This document shows, piece after piece, positions 45,060 through 54,674 of a DNA stretch of 64,000 bases. The position numbers were made by a program, and so were the translations under genes. The notes under the pieces are model-generated. The model was not told the DNA's origin. It saw only the letters and a program-made list of their open reading frames with translations, and made no database searches. The stretch lies in IMG/VR virus record IMGVR_UViG_3300023174_000061, one strand, 5' to 3'. This DNA comes from a virus. Numbering within the stretch: position 1 is the first letter of the stretch; each line of letters opens with the position of its first letter.

Positions 45060-45118
45060 TGCCTTAAGTTACTGCAATCTCTAAAGGTGGGAAAAGGAGC
45101 ATTTTTGCTCCTTTTCTT
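45060..45118 (+). ncRNA. Putative late two-hairpin antisense sRNA (copy 4)
   Basis: AATAAATA at 45048-55. Stem TGCCTT/AAGGTG. 45067-76 is the reverse complement of 45132-41. Terminator GAAAAGGAGCA/TGCTCCTTTTC. TATAAATA at 45120-27. Confidence 0.6.
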
Positions 45119-45152
45119 GTATAAATACTAATGCAGTAACTAAAGAGCAGAA

Positions 45153-45815
45153 ATGTATTACACTTACGCATATTTGCGTGAAGATGGAACACCATATTAT
45201 ATTGGAAAAGGTAAAGGAAGAAGAGCATACCAAAAACATAATGGATTTTATCCACCATCAAAAGAAAGAATATTGTTACTAAAACAAAATCTAATAGAAG
45301 ATGAAGCATTTAGGCACGAGGTCTATATGATTTCTGTATTTGGAAGAAAAAATTTGGGAACAGGAATACTTCACAATAAGACTAATGGAGGTAAAGGGTG
45401 TTCTGCTAAAGTTATGAATGATGTAGACATATACAATAGGAAAAAAGGAAGATTGGGTAAATCTTTAACAGAAGTTCACAAAAAAAGAATAGGCGAGTCC
45501 AATAAAGGTGTTTCTAGAAATTCTTTTGAAAGGAAAAATCAATTAGCAAAGGAAATAAAAAATAAACAAAAAATGAATAGAAAAGGTAAAATTCATTCCA
45601 AAGAAACTAAACTAAAAATAAGTGAAGCAACACAAGGAAGAGTTCCTTGGAATAAAGGTATTGTGGATGATAATATATCTGGTGGAAAAAATCCAAGAGC
45701 AAAAAGAATAAAATATAATAATATTGTTTATGATTGCATCAAAACTGCTGTAGTTGAAACTAAAAAATCTAGATACCACATACAAAAATATGGAATTCTT
45801 CTAGATGGATGCTGA
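45153..45815 (+). CDS. Free-standing GIY-YIG-like homing endonuclease with NUMOD3-type repeats
   Basis: MYYTYAYLREDGTPYYIGKG, HSKETKLKISE and PWNKG. Confidence 0.85.
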   Translation: MYYTYAYLREDGTPYYIGKGKGRRAYQKHNGFYPPSKERILLLKQNLIEDEAFRHEVYMISVFGRKNLGTGILHNKTNGGKGCSAKVMNDVDIYNRKKGRLGKSLTEVHKKRIGESNKGVSRNSFERKNQLAKEIKNKQKMNRKGKIHSKETKLKISEATQGRVPWNKGIVDDNISGGKNPRAKRIKYNNIVYDCIKTAVVETKKSRYHIQKYGILLDGC

Positions 45816-45884
45816 TTTCAAAATCACCTTTTAAATCCATTTTACCCCCGAAAAAAATCGGGGGTATTTTTTTGTCTGTAGGGT

Positions 45885-46181
45885 TCACACCCCAGTTATT
45901 TTTGGATTATAACCACGTTTAGTGTTTTGATCTACGTATTGTGATGACTCCGCATATTTCATAATATTCTTCATATCACTGATAAAGACTGATAAGTATT
46001 CTGGTTTTAGAATTAATAGTTTTCTTTTCTTTTCATTTTCTAAAACTTCATATTCATAATTACTTACTTCTTTGATTGATGTAGATGCTGATTTGGTTTT
46101 ATTTGTATTTGTAATAGCAATTTCTTGAACGTCCGTTGATATCTTTACTTTTGCACCAGGTATGGGAGTTGGAGTAGCCAT
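45885..46181 (-). CDS. gp53 C-terminal-like protein (second part of a split gene 53)
   Basis: VSNYEYEVLENEKKRKL.ILKPEYL..F..D....M.Y..SSQY resembles the usual gp53 C-terminus. Confidence 0.65.
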   Translation of the reverse strand: MATPTPIPGAKVKISTDVQEIAITNTNKTKSASTSIKEVSNYEYEVLENEKKRKLLILKPEYLSVFISDMKNIMKYAESSQYVDQNTKRGYNPKITGV

Positions 46182-46197
46182 ATGATTTTTATTTTAT

Positions 46198-47031
46198 TTA
46201 GTTTTGTAATCTAAATTTAAATACTGGGACAATTTCACCATTCACTTCTTCTCCTACAATTTCATATAATAATGGTGAAAGAACTACATCATTTTCAAAT
46301 ACAATATCAAGAACTTGAATAGTAGTATTTTCATTTCTTCCAACAATTCTAGTAAATCCTCCCCAACTTGCAGGCCAATCAGATAAAATATTTGTGATAG
46401 TAATATCAATTGTATCTTCTCTTCCACCAATGTTTAATGTAGAAAAGTCAGTAGTAATATCAGTTACGATTGCTTGTGTATATTCTGTTTCTCCATTATA
46501 AACAGGAATATATTGATTTAAGTTGATTGTAATACTGTAATTTGTATTTTCATTTGGAAACTCACTTAAAATATAGTCATTTTGACCTTCAGTAGTGGTG
46601 ACTGATAATACTTTTGCTGGGTCAACTTGATAACCACCAGGAACTACAACACGTCCATATTCGTCTCTAAACTCTACGGTTTCGTAATGATGAACTTTTC
46701 CAAGTTCTTCATCACTTCCATACTTATCAATAAGATACTTATAAAAACTATTATTATCTAACGGCCATTGTTGATTAATATTTGTGATATTATTGGTTGT
46801 TAAAATTACCCAATCGAGTTCTGCATTATCATAAACTTTTGCAGCAACTTGGTCTGGTCTTTCATTATCAACAATTTGATAATAATTAAAGGCAGTTATA
46901 GCACTAGAAATATCACTACGTAGTTTTGCTCTTTTGAATATATTTTTAGTTAAAACATAATCAGTATTGAATGACTGATTAGGAAAATTCGCAATATATT
47001 CAAAATTTGGAAGTTCTCTGAAATATGACAT
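46198..47031 (-). CDS. gp53: Baseplate wedge protein gp53 (N-terminal part plus extension)
   Basis: MSYFRELPN, ERPDQVA..VY....DWVIL.TNNI, HHYET. Confidence 0.85.
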   Translation of the reverse strand: MSYFRELPNFEYIANFPNQSFNTDYVLTKNIFKRAKLRSDISSAITAFNYYQIVDNERPDQVAAKVYDNAELDWVILTTNNITNINQQWPLDNNSFYKYLIDKYGSDEELGKVHHYETVEFRDEYGRVVVPGGYQVDPAKVLSVTTTEGQNDYILSEFPNENTNYSITINLNQYIPVYNGETEYTQAIVTDITTDFSTLNIGGREDTIDITITNILSDWPASWGGFTRIVGRNENTTIQVLDIVFENDVVLSPLLYEIVGEEVNGEIVPVFKFRLQN

Positions 47032-47032
47032 T

Positions 47033-48568
47033 TTAGTATCCTACATCGTCTGGTTTTACTGATGAGAAATTATCACTTCTGTTATCTCCTTTAAATAAAT
47101 CAGAAACACCTTCTTGATAATCACTTTCATAAACTGGTTCAATTTCTTGAAAGTTTAAAGTCATTTGTAAAGATACTGGTTGTCCTTCATCATAGGCAGC
47201 CCATTGACCGTCAGGAGCATAAATCACATTCATATTAACAAGAGCACATATTTTAAATTTATTTAATCCAGATATTTCTTTATTTCCTGCTGTTTTGTAT
47301 GAAAGTTTAAAAACATTTGGAGTTCCAAGAAAAAGAGAAGAAGCACCAGCACCAGACTGTGAGTTTAATTTTCTTGGAGCACTACCCTGTTTAAACATAC
47401 GAATAATTCTTTTTACATTTCTTGCTTCCTTATCACTTCTTGGGCTCATACGCCAAGTGAAACCAAATGAACGAAGTGTTGGACCTTGGAATAACAATTC
47501 GAGGTTTGAGTTTGGAACAATTCCATAACCTCTTGCTAAAATAGTTTCTGCTGGAACTTCAAAACCAGCATTTTTTAATAGCAATGAAGTTATTGATGAT
47601 TTGATTTGTTGATTATTCATTATGTCGGGTATATTTCCACCTGCGGCACTTGCTATTGTTCCTATCTGCATTAAAGTTGCATTCGGTAATTGAACTCCAC
47701 CCATAGCAGAAGCTACTTGTGTCCCAAGTGTTAATGCAGCTTGACCAACTGCTGCTTGCATTGGATTGGAATTAACTTTACCAGCAACTGCTGCTGTCAG
47801 ATTATTCATTGTGTCATCACCCCAACTTATAGCATTATTGTCTTGAATGCCAGAAGGAATTGGTAAAACTGTAGTTGCAATTGGTTCTTTTAGAGCACTG
47901 TTTCTTTGTAATCCTTTTATCAAAACTGATGAGAAATCAAAGTTTGGATTTGTAAAAAGATCTCCTGCTGGTGGTTGATAACGATACATTGTAATTTGTA
48001 ATGTATCTTGTTGATTTTTTAAAATATCAATTGGATACAATAAAAGACCACTTTGGAAAATATCTTTTTCATTTTTGCTTTTGAAATTAAGGTTAGTGAT
48101 ATCATTGAGATTTATTGATCCTGGTGGTACTGATAATCCACCTGTTCCTGGTATTGCTGTTGCTATTCCTGGATTTGTTCCTGGAAAATTATTGTTTACT
48201 CCTGCTTGATTATTTTGATTTGCCGGTCTTGCGGTAGTATTAACTACATTTCCACCAGCATTACCACCTTTTGCTTGGTATGCTGCATATACCTTCTTTC
48301 TTATATCCACTGAAAGTTGTTGCGACAATGCTGTTGGTTTGTTTGGGTCACCATCTACAAACAATTTTGGGTCTTTTAATGCATCACCATACCAACTTCC
48401 ATTTTTATAAAATATTGCTAGTCCAATTCCTATATCATATCCCAACGCACTTTTTTGTTTTAATTCATAATCACCAGTTACTGGGTCATATCTAATTCCA
48501 AGAGGACCAGGACCAAAAATACCCAAATCTGGTTGGTAGTATTCATCTTTTAATATTTCATAAGCCAT
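47033..48568 (-). CDS. gp48: Baseplate tail-tube cap gp48
   Basis: LPIP..I.D.N...W, N.ELLFQGPTLRSF.F, L.F.EIEP; synteny. Confidence 0.85.
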   Translation of the reverse strand: MAYEILKDEYYQPDLGIFGPGPLGIRYDPVTGDYELKQKSALGYDIGIGLAIFYKNGSWYGDALKDPKLFVDGDPNKPTALSQQLSVDIRKKVYAAYQAKGGNAGGNVVNTTARPANQNNQAGVNNNFPGTNPGIATAIPGTGGLSVPPGSINLNDITNLNFKSKNEKDIFQSGLLLYPIDILKNQQDTLQITMYRYQPPAGDLFTNPNFDFSSVLIKGLQRNSALKEPIATTVLPIPSGIQDNNAISWGDDTMNNLTAAVAGKVNSNPMQAAVGQAALTLGTQVASAMGGVQLPNATLMQIGTIASAAGGNIPDIMNNQQIKSSITSLLLKNAGFEVPAETILARGYGIVPNSNLELLFQGPTLRSFGFTWRMSPRSDKEARNVKRIIRMFKQGSAPRKLNSQSGAGASSLFLGTPNVFKLSYKTAGNKEISGLNKFKICALVNMNVIYAPDGQWAAYDEGQPVSLQMTLNFQEIEPVYESDYQEGVSDLFKGDNRSDNFSSVKPDDVGY

Positions 48569-49066
48569 CTATGGTGCGTCCCAAACTTTGGTTTTAAATA
48601 CTGGTTGACCTCTTTTATCAACAAACTTCTCTGTTGGAAGCAACGATACTTCTCTCCATTCTTTTTCAGGCACTTTAAAGAATTCAGTCATTACTCCAGA
48701 GAAGAGGTATTTGTGTAAAGTTTTCTTGGGTGCGTTTACAACTCCTTCTTTATTTAGAAAGGATTGTGCGACACCTCCACGATATTGTGGATTGAGATAA
48801 TGAAGATTTGCTCCAAGAAAAGAACCTTCACTAAGATTAATATCCAAAACATAAGATAGAGGATGTTTATCCCAGTATTCGTATCTTTGTGGATATTTTG
48901 CAGAATATAAAAAGAAAACTAAATCTCCTGGTTTTATAAATCCAGTATCTGCTTCGTTAATATTTCTATTTTGTTGATTTCTCAGTTCATTCATTAGTGA
49001 ATTGGTCCACCAATCAGTACTACGATATTTGTTGCCTGCTTGTCTTCTAATGTCGTCTGCAATCAT
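48569..49066 (-). CDS. gp2: DNA end protector gp2
   Basis: F.YSAK.....YWDKHPL, GANLHYL, LP.EKF. Confidence 0.85.
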   Translation of the reverse strand: MIADDIRRQAGNKYRSTDWWTNSLMNELRNQQNRNINEADTGFIKPGDLVFFLYSAKYPQRYEYWDKHPLSYVLDINLSEGSFLGANLHYLNPQYRGGVAQSFLNKEGVVNAPKKTLHKYLFSGVMTEFFKVPEKEWREVSLLPTEKFVDKRGQPVFKTKVWDAP

Positions 49067-49530
49067 TTTACGTTTATCCCCAACTCACGTTCGGTGAACA
49101 CCTTGAATTCCCAACCTCTATCTTTACAATATTCACGGCAAGCTTCCCACTTTGCTTGATTGACTACCCACATTTTTACTGAATAAGCCCAAGACTTTGT
49201 TCTTCTTTTTGGGTTTGTTTCGGGCATTTTTAAGTCTTTTGCTGGTTTGACTTCAACAACAAGATTTCTAATTGTTCCATCCTTGTCTTTATACTTCACA
49301 AAAAAGTCAGGAAAGTATCTATGGACCTTATCGTCAATTGGTGAACGGTAGGCGACGCAAAATTCTTCACTTTTCCAAGAATTCACACTTTCAGTCAAAT
49401 CACAATATTGCATAAACTTCAATTCATAAGAAGACCTGTAAACAATATTGGAGGGGTTTCCGCTATACTTTTGAGGATTGAGGGGTCTATATTTTCCCTG
49501 TCTATATTTACTATCTTCGTTACGAGGCAT
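49063..49530 (-). CDS. gp4: Head completion nuclease gp4
   Basis: P.NP.KY, YRSSYE, HRYFPDF, EVKP, NQAKW. Minus-strand TATAAATA at 49552-59. Confidence 0.9.
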   Translation of the reverse strand: MPRNEDSKYRQGKYRPLNPQKYSGNPSNIVYRSSYELKFMQYCDLTESVNSWKSEEFCVAYRSPIDDKVHRYFPDFFVKYKDKDGTIRNLVVEVKPAKDLKMPETNPKRRTKSWAYSVKMWVVNQAKWEACREYCKDRGWEFKVFTERELGINVK

Positions 49531-49560
49531 ACATAGTATAAACACTTAAGATATTTATAG

Positions 49561-50325
49561 ATGGCTGCTTCTACTCCAGATAGAGGGTCTCCAAAAATAG
49601 GACCACTATACCTTAAGATGACTGATGGATCCCAATCGAATGGAATGCCTTCAGCAAGAGATATTTTTGGTAATTTATCTCTCACTAGTCAATTTAAAGT
49701 ATCATTGCATTTAACGAATGTTGATGCTGGTGGAAGTGGATTGATGTCTTGGTTGCGTAGTTCTAATGTTATTACTGGAAATCAAACAAAAAATTATGTT
49801 TATGATTTTTATTGTGCGGAAGCAGTTATTCCTGGAGTGCAGTTTGATGTAACAGAAGAGGCAGGAAGTCGTCAAGGAACAATTGAAAGATTTCCAACGA
49901 GAAGAATTTTTCCAGAATTTACAATGACATTTTATGTTGATAATGAATATAATTTAATTCGTCTTTTTGAAGAATGGATGAATTATATTAATCCATTATA
50001 TGCTGGAACTGGTATATTACCACCAAGTCCAGGAGGGCAAGGAGATGGTGCTGGAAAAGAAAAGACAGATTTCTTTCGTTTTAGATATCCAGATGAATAT
50101 AAGAGAATTATATCAATCACAAAATTTGAGAGAAATTTTGATAGTAAAGACCCAAAAAATATAAAATTCCCACCACATTTGACTTATAGAATGCTTGAAG
50201 CATTCCCAACAAATATTACTGCAATGCCTTTGACTTATGAAGGAAGTCAAATTGTAAAAACAACAGTCACATTCCAGTATATAAGATATGTGATGGAAAA
50301 GAATTACGGTAATTTAGACAAATAA
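49561..50325 (+). CDS. Tail-tube-like baseplate protein (gp54/gp19 family)
   Basis: C.EA.IPG, TFYVD, FEEWMNYI, EAFPTNI....L.Y. Confidence 0.75.
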   Translation: MAASTPDRGSPKIGPLYLKMTDGSQSNGMPSARDIFGNLSLTSQFKVSLHLTNVDAGGSGLMSWLRSSNVITGNQTKNYVYDFYCAEAVIPGVQFDVTEEAGSRQGTIERFPTRRIFPEFTMTFYVDNEYNLIRLFEEWMNYINPLYAGTGILPPSPGGQGDGAGKEKTDFFRFRYPDEYKRIISITKFERNFDSKDPKNIKFPPHLTYRMLEAFPTNITAMPLTYEGSQIVKTTVTFQYIRYVMEKNYGNLDK

Positions 50326-50349
50326 ATAAATTTAATGACTGAATAAATT

Positions 50350-51078
50350 ATGCCTTTACCTAAGATTTCCACACCAACGTATGAATTGGTTTTACCATCA
50401 ACTAAAAAAACAATCAAATACAGACCATTTTTAGTCAAAGAAGAAAAGATATTAATTCTTGCTCTTGAAAGTCAAAGTACAAAAGAAATTACAAATGCAA
50501 TCAAGCAAGTATTAAAAGATTGCATTGTAACAAAAGGTATTAAAGTAGAAGAACTACCTACTTTTGATATTGAATACATTTTCTTAAATGTTCGTGGTAA
50601 ATCAGTTGGTGAAAGTCTTGATTTGATTATAACTTGTGGTGATGATGGAGAAACACAAGTTCCAGTAACTGTGTTTATAGACCAAATTCAAGTTGAAGAA
50701 GACCCAGAACATAGTAGAGATATTCAACTTGATGATAACTTAGTTTTGAGAATGAAGTATCCTTCATTAGACCAATTCATTAAAACTAATTTTGATTTTA
50801 GTGCAGAACAAAGTTCTTCAAGTATCGAAAGGTCTTTTGATATAATTATTTCTTGTATTGATGTTATTTTTAATGCAGAAGAAAGTTGGTCTGCTGCGGA
50901 TTCCACCAAAAAAGAATTGACTGATTGGATTGAAACCTTAAACTCAAATCAATTTAAGGAAATTGAGAAGTTCTTTGATACAATGCCTAGACTTTCTCAT
51001 ACGGTGAAAGTCACAAATCCAAAAACTAAAATTGAAAGTGATGTGACGTTGGAGGGTTTAACGTCTTTTTTCGGTTGA
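50350..51078 (+). CDS. gp26: Baseplate hub subunit gp26
   Basis: MPLPKI.TPTYEL.LPS, RPFLVKEEK, R.KSVGE, LEGL.SFF. Confidence 0.9.
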   Translation: MPLPKISTPTYELVLPSTKKTIKYRPFLVKEEKILILALESQSTKEITNAIKQVLKDCIVTKGIKVEELPTFDIEYIFLNVRGKSVGESLDLIITCGDDGETQVPVTVFIDQIQVEEDPEHSRDIQLDDNLVLRMKYPSLDQFIKTNFDFSAEQSSSSIERSFDIIISCIDVIFNAEESWSAADSTKKELTDWIETLNSNQFKEIEKFFDTMPRLSHTVKVTNPKTKIESDVTLEGLTSFFG

Positions 51079-51080
51079 GT

Positions 51081-51260
51081 ATGGCTCATATGGAACTAGA
51101 GTCATATTTTAGAATTAATTTTGCCTTGATGCAGTTCCATAAATATTCATTAACTGAGATAGAAAATCTCATACCTTGGGAGAGGGATATTTACTTAGCA
51201 CTTCTACAGCAACATATTGAAGAAGAAAAATTAAAACAGCAGCAACAACAAAATGGTTAG
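51081..51260 (+). CDS. gp51: Baseplate hub assembly catalyst gp51
   Basis: NFALMQ.HKYSLTEIENLIPWERDIY. Confidence 0.85.
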   Translation: MAHMELESYFRINFALMQFHKYSLTEIENLIPWERDIYLALLQQHIEEEKLKQQQQQNG

Positions 51261-52959
51261 TTCTGTTCTTAAACCAGAAAAAATAGTAGGAAGACAGAAT
51301 ACAAATAAAGCAGCAGCACAGAACTTTATTTCAGGTGGTTCTGTAGTTGGTGCTTCTGTTGTGAATAGTGCTGCGAATAAAATTGTAGGTTTTCAAAGAA
51401 CAGGAGCTCAACCAGCACCTTCAGCAACAGGTAGTATCGTAAGCACAATATCTACAAATATTAATAATAATGTAACGAGTACAATTAATAAAACACTTCA
51501 AGGATTTTCTGCTGATTATCAAAGAAGATTGAAACAAGTAGATGACGCAAAACCAATTGGAATTCTTGGTAAGTTTTTAAATGTTTATAAGACTGCATTA
51601 GGTTTTATAAACTTCTTTGGAAATAAAAGAAATATTGATAAGGTAAGAAATAATTTAGAAGCACTTAAAAAATCATTCACTGAAAGTTTTGAGGTTGCAA
51701 AATTAATTCGTCAAGTTATAATTAAAATCGTAAAACAATTATCAAATCTTCCTGTTGCTTCACCTTCTGGTGGTGGAGGATTAAATCTTGATGTTGATAT
51801 TCCTGGTGGTGGAGTGAAGAAATCTGCTCCAAGAGGACTTGGAAGAATGATGAGGGGCAAAGGGAAAATGCTTGCTCTTGGTGCTGGGGCATTAGGACTT
51901 GGTGCTGCTGGTGCTGGTGCGGTGAATGCACTTTCTGATAGTCCACAGGCACAGGCAGCAGGAATATCACCAGAAATTCCTGGGGATGTTGTTGATAGGT
52001 TTTCTTCAATTGTTGATAAGTTTGCAAATGTGATTAGCAAGTTATTTGAAAATACCAAACAAAAACCAAAACAACAACCTCCTGGTTCTTCTGGTGGTGG
52101 GGGTGAGAAAAAACCACCTGGAAAAACTAAACCTCCTGGATCTACTGGTCCTGCAGTAAGTAGTGCTCCTGGAGATGAAAAATTAGCAGCATTTGTTGCA
52201 AGTATGGAAGCATCTTCTCCAGAAAATGCTGCCGATGCTATGCAAGTAATGTTGAATAGATCTGCTACTGGTGGTAAGGGACTATCCGATGTTTTATCTC
52301 GTTACGATCAATTTTCTCCAATTTCTGCTGCAATTTTTGGGAAGAGTAAAGATAAAGCAGCTGCTGCAAAATATGGACCAATCGCAGCAAAACTTCCAGG
52401 AAAAAATCCAGAAGAAAAATTTAAATATTTGCAACAAGTTGCTGCTGAACCAGATGGGTTAAATAAACTTCAACAGTTGTTTGGTGGTGGAAATGCTGGA
52501 GTTGCTGCTACGGTTTTGAATGATCCCAAATATTTGAATGCTTCCCGACAAAATGTAAAAGGAGCTTTAAATTTTTATGGAGGGAAGAAAACAAATGCTT
52601 CGGATATACAAGTCAGACCTGGAGGAAATAATTTTTATAATTTTACTGGAAAAGTTGGAACTTTAGGTTCACAACCAACTGGAACTACAGTTGCTTCGCA
52701 AGTAACAGCAGCACCAACGGCAACAGAAGCAAGACAACAAATCGCACAGCAAGTAGCACAACCAGCAGCAACACAACAACCTATTGTAATGCCGATTGAT
52801 TTGAGTGGTGGAGGACAACAACAATCAGGAGGTGGTGGAACGAGTGGTCCTGCTCCTTCACAAGGTAGTGGACCATCAGTTCCATTTTTACCAACATCAA
52901 ATCCTGATAATTTCTTGGTTCTTTATTCTAGAATGGTTTATAATATCGTTGACGGATAA
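51253..52959 (+). CDS. Tape-measure/hub-region protein with an SleB-like cell-wall hydrolase insert
   Basis: Helical and Gly-rich TM-like segments, plus MEA......MQVMLNR......QFSP. Located after gp51. Confidence 0.6.
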   Translation: MVSSVLKPEKIVGRQNTNKAAAQNFISGGSVVGASVVNSAANKIVGFQRTGAQPAPSATGSIVSTISTNINNNVTSTINKTLQGFSADYQRRLKQVDDAKPIGILGKFLNVYKTALGFINFFGNKRNIDKVRNNLEALKKSFTESFEVAKLIRQVIIKIVKQLSNLPVASPSGGGGLNLDVDIPGGGVKKSAPRGLGRMMRGKGKMLALGAGALGLGAAGAGAVNALSDSPQAQAAGISPEIPGDVVDRFSSIVDKFANVISKLFENTKQKPKQQPPGSSGGGGEKKPPGKTKPPGSTGPAVSSAPGDEKLAAFVASMEASSPENAADAMQVMLNRSATGGKGLSDVLSRYDQFSPISAAIFGKSKDKAAAAKYGPIAAKLPGKNPEEKFKYLQQVAAEPDGLNKLQQLFGGGNAGVAATVLNDPKYLNASRQNVKGALNFYGGKKTNASDIQVRPGGNNFYNFTGKVGTLGSQPTGTTVASQVTAAPTATEARQQIAQQVAQPAATQQPIVMPIDLSGGGQQQSGGGGTSGPAPSQGSGPSVPFLPTSNPDNFLVLYSRMVYNIVDG

Positions 52960-54674
52960 TGAAAAAAACACTTTCTTCTCCATTAGTTGCTGCTGCAAAT
53001 AATATTGTTTCACTTGGTTCGAGGTCAAACTCTTTAACGAGATTTCAACGTGATTTTAATAGTTTTGGTAAATTTTTAGAAGTAGAAAAAAGGTCATTAG
53101 AAAAATTAAAATTACCAAACAAGAAAAAAATAAAAGCACTTGCAAGTTTAAATATCGCAAGTAATTTTGGAAGACCAGGAAACCTACTGGGTTCTTTGTT
53201 TAGTGGAGCATTAGATCTTGCTGGATTTGTTGGTAATATGTTTCCAGGTAGAGGAAAGTTAGGAAAACCACAAAGACCATCAAACGTAAAACCACCAAAA
53301 CCAACACTTAAAGGACCACGATTGAAATTGGGTGGTATGAGAGCAGTTGGTGTTGGTAATGCGTTATTTGCTGGACTTGATTTTGCGACTGGTCTTGCGG
53401 AAGGTGAAAGTGTAGGTAAGGCAGCAGCAGGAGCAGGAGGAGCACTTGCTGGTGGATTGCTTGGTGGAGTAATAGGTCAAACACTTATTCCTATTCCTGG
53501 ACTTGGTTTTGTTATTGGAAATATGGCTGGTAGTTTTCTTGGTGGATTTGCTGCTGATAGGGTATATGAAGGTGGAAGTGCTCTTAAACAAAAACTTGCT
53601 GAACGATTAAAAGGACAAGAAGGAAAGCAAAAGGGTATTGCTTCTGGTCTTACATTCAAGGACACATTAGATAAGTTTGATGCTGCTGTGAGTAGATTTG
53701 AAAGAGGAGTTGCGATGGGAATGTTTGGGAGTGTTTCTCAACAAACAGAACAACCAACTGGTTATGATGAAGAATTATCTGCTGACGAACAACCAACTCC
53801 ACCAGAAGAACCAACTGGTCCAATAAATTATGGAAGTGGAAATGCAGAATTTGGAGAAACAGGAAACGTTAGTAATTCTGCTGGATGGGTTCACGGACAC
53901 TTTCAGGGTTCAAGTGCTGGAAGTGTTGTTAGGGATACGACGATGACTGTGAAAGCATTATTGCAGCAAGGTTCTCCCGTATATTTAAATCCTGGTGTTG
54001 ATTTGCTCCCAGGAAAAAAATATAGTGATGATGAAATAAAAAAGTACGTTGAAGGAGCAAGACAAGCACATACTCATAGTGGAACTGGAAAATCAATTGA
54101 TGTTTTTGTAAAGAAAGGAACAAAAGTTCCCGTTTCACTTACGCAAGTTGGACCAACTTATGGTAATGGTGGAGTTGCTGGTTTCATTCAGGGAACTGAT
54201 ACTTTTATAGGACATTTAACCCCCAATTCCAAATCTGGATTAGCACAAAAGAAAGGAGAAATTAAAGGAACAGAAGCACCAAATATGGATTTGGGAACAC
54301 AAGATAAGAATAAACCACAACAACCACAAGTAGCATCACAACCACAACCACAACCACAATCACAAGTAGCAGCATCACCACAAATGATGCAAGTTCCTCA
54401 AATGTCTTCTATGGTTGCAGCAGCACCAATGAACCTTCCAGTTGCTCCACAAAATATTCAGTATTATACTTCATATAATCAACCAGGTGGTGGTGCTTCT
54501 GTGATTATGCCTATAATGATGGGTGGAGGTGGTGGAGGACAACAAAAACCAGTCTACATTCCTGTTGGAGGAGGTGGAGGTGGTGGAACTGTGATTATGC
54601 CTGGACCAACTGAAGGTCAAGTGGTAAATAGTCTTATGAAAACAATGTTACTTACCAATCTTTCCGCAACGTAA
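52959..54674 (+). CDS. Tape-measure/hub-region protein with glycine zipper and an M23-like insert
   Basis: GAGGALAGGLLGG glycine zipper; HGHF, H....ID...GT.V and GHL motifs. Confidence 0.6.
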   Translation: MKKTLSSPLVAAANNIVSLGSRSNSLTRFQRDFNSFGKFLEVEKRSLEKLKLPNKKKIKALASLNIASNFGRPGNLLGSLFSGALDLAGFVGNMFPGRGKLGKPQRPSNVKPPKPTLKGPRLKLGGMRAVGVGNALFAGLDFATGLAEGESVGKAAAGAGGALAGGLLGGVIGQTLIPIPGLGFVIGNMAGSFLGGFAADRVYEGGSALKQKLAERLKGQEGKQKGIASGLTFKDTLDKFDAAVSRFERGVAMGMFGSVSQQTEQPTGYDEELSADEQPTPPEEPTGPINYGSGNAEFGETGNVSNSAGWVHGHFQGSSAGSVVRDTTMTVKALLQQGSPVYLNPGVDLLPGKKYSDDEIKKYVEGARQAHTHSGTGKSIDVFVKKGTKVPVSLTQVGPTYGNGGVAGFIQGTDTFIGHLTPNSKSGLAQKKGEIKGTEAPNMDLGTQDKNKPQQPQVASQPQPQPQSQVAASPQMMQVPQMSSMVAAAPMNLPVAPQNIQYYTSYNQPGGGASVIMPIMMGGGGGGQQKPVYIPVGGGGGGGTVIMPGPTEGQVVNSLMKTMLLTNLSAT

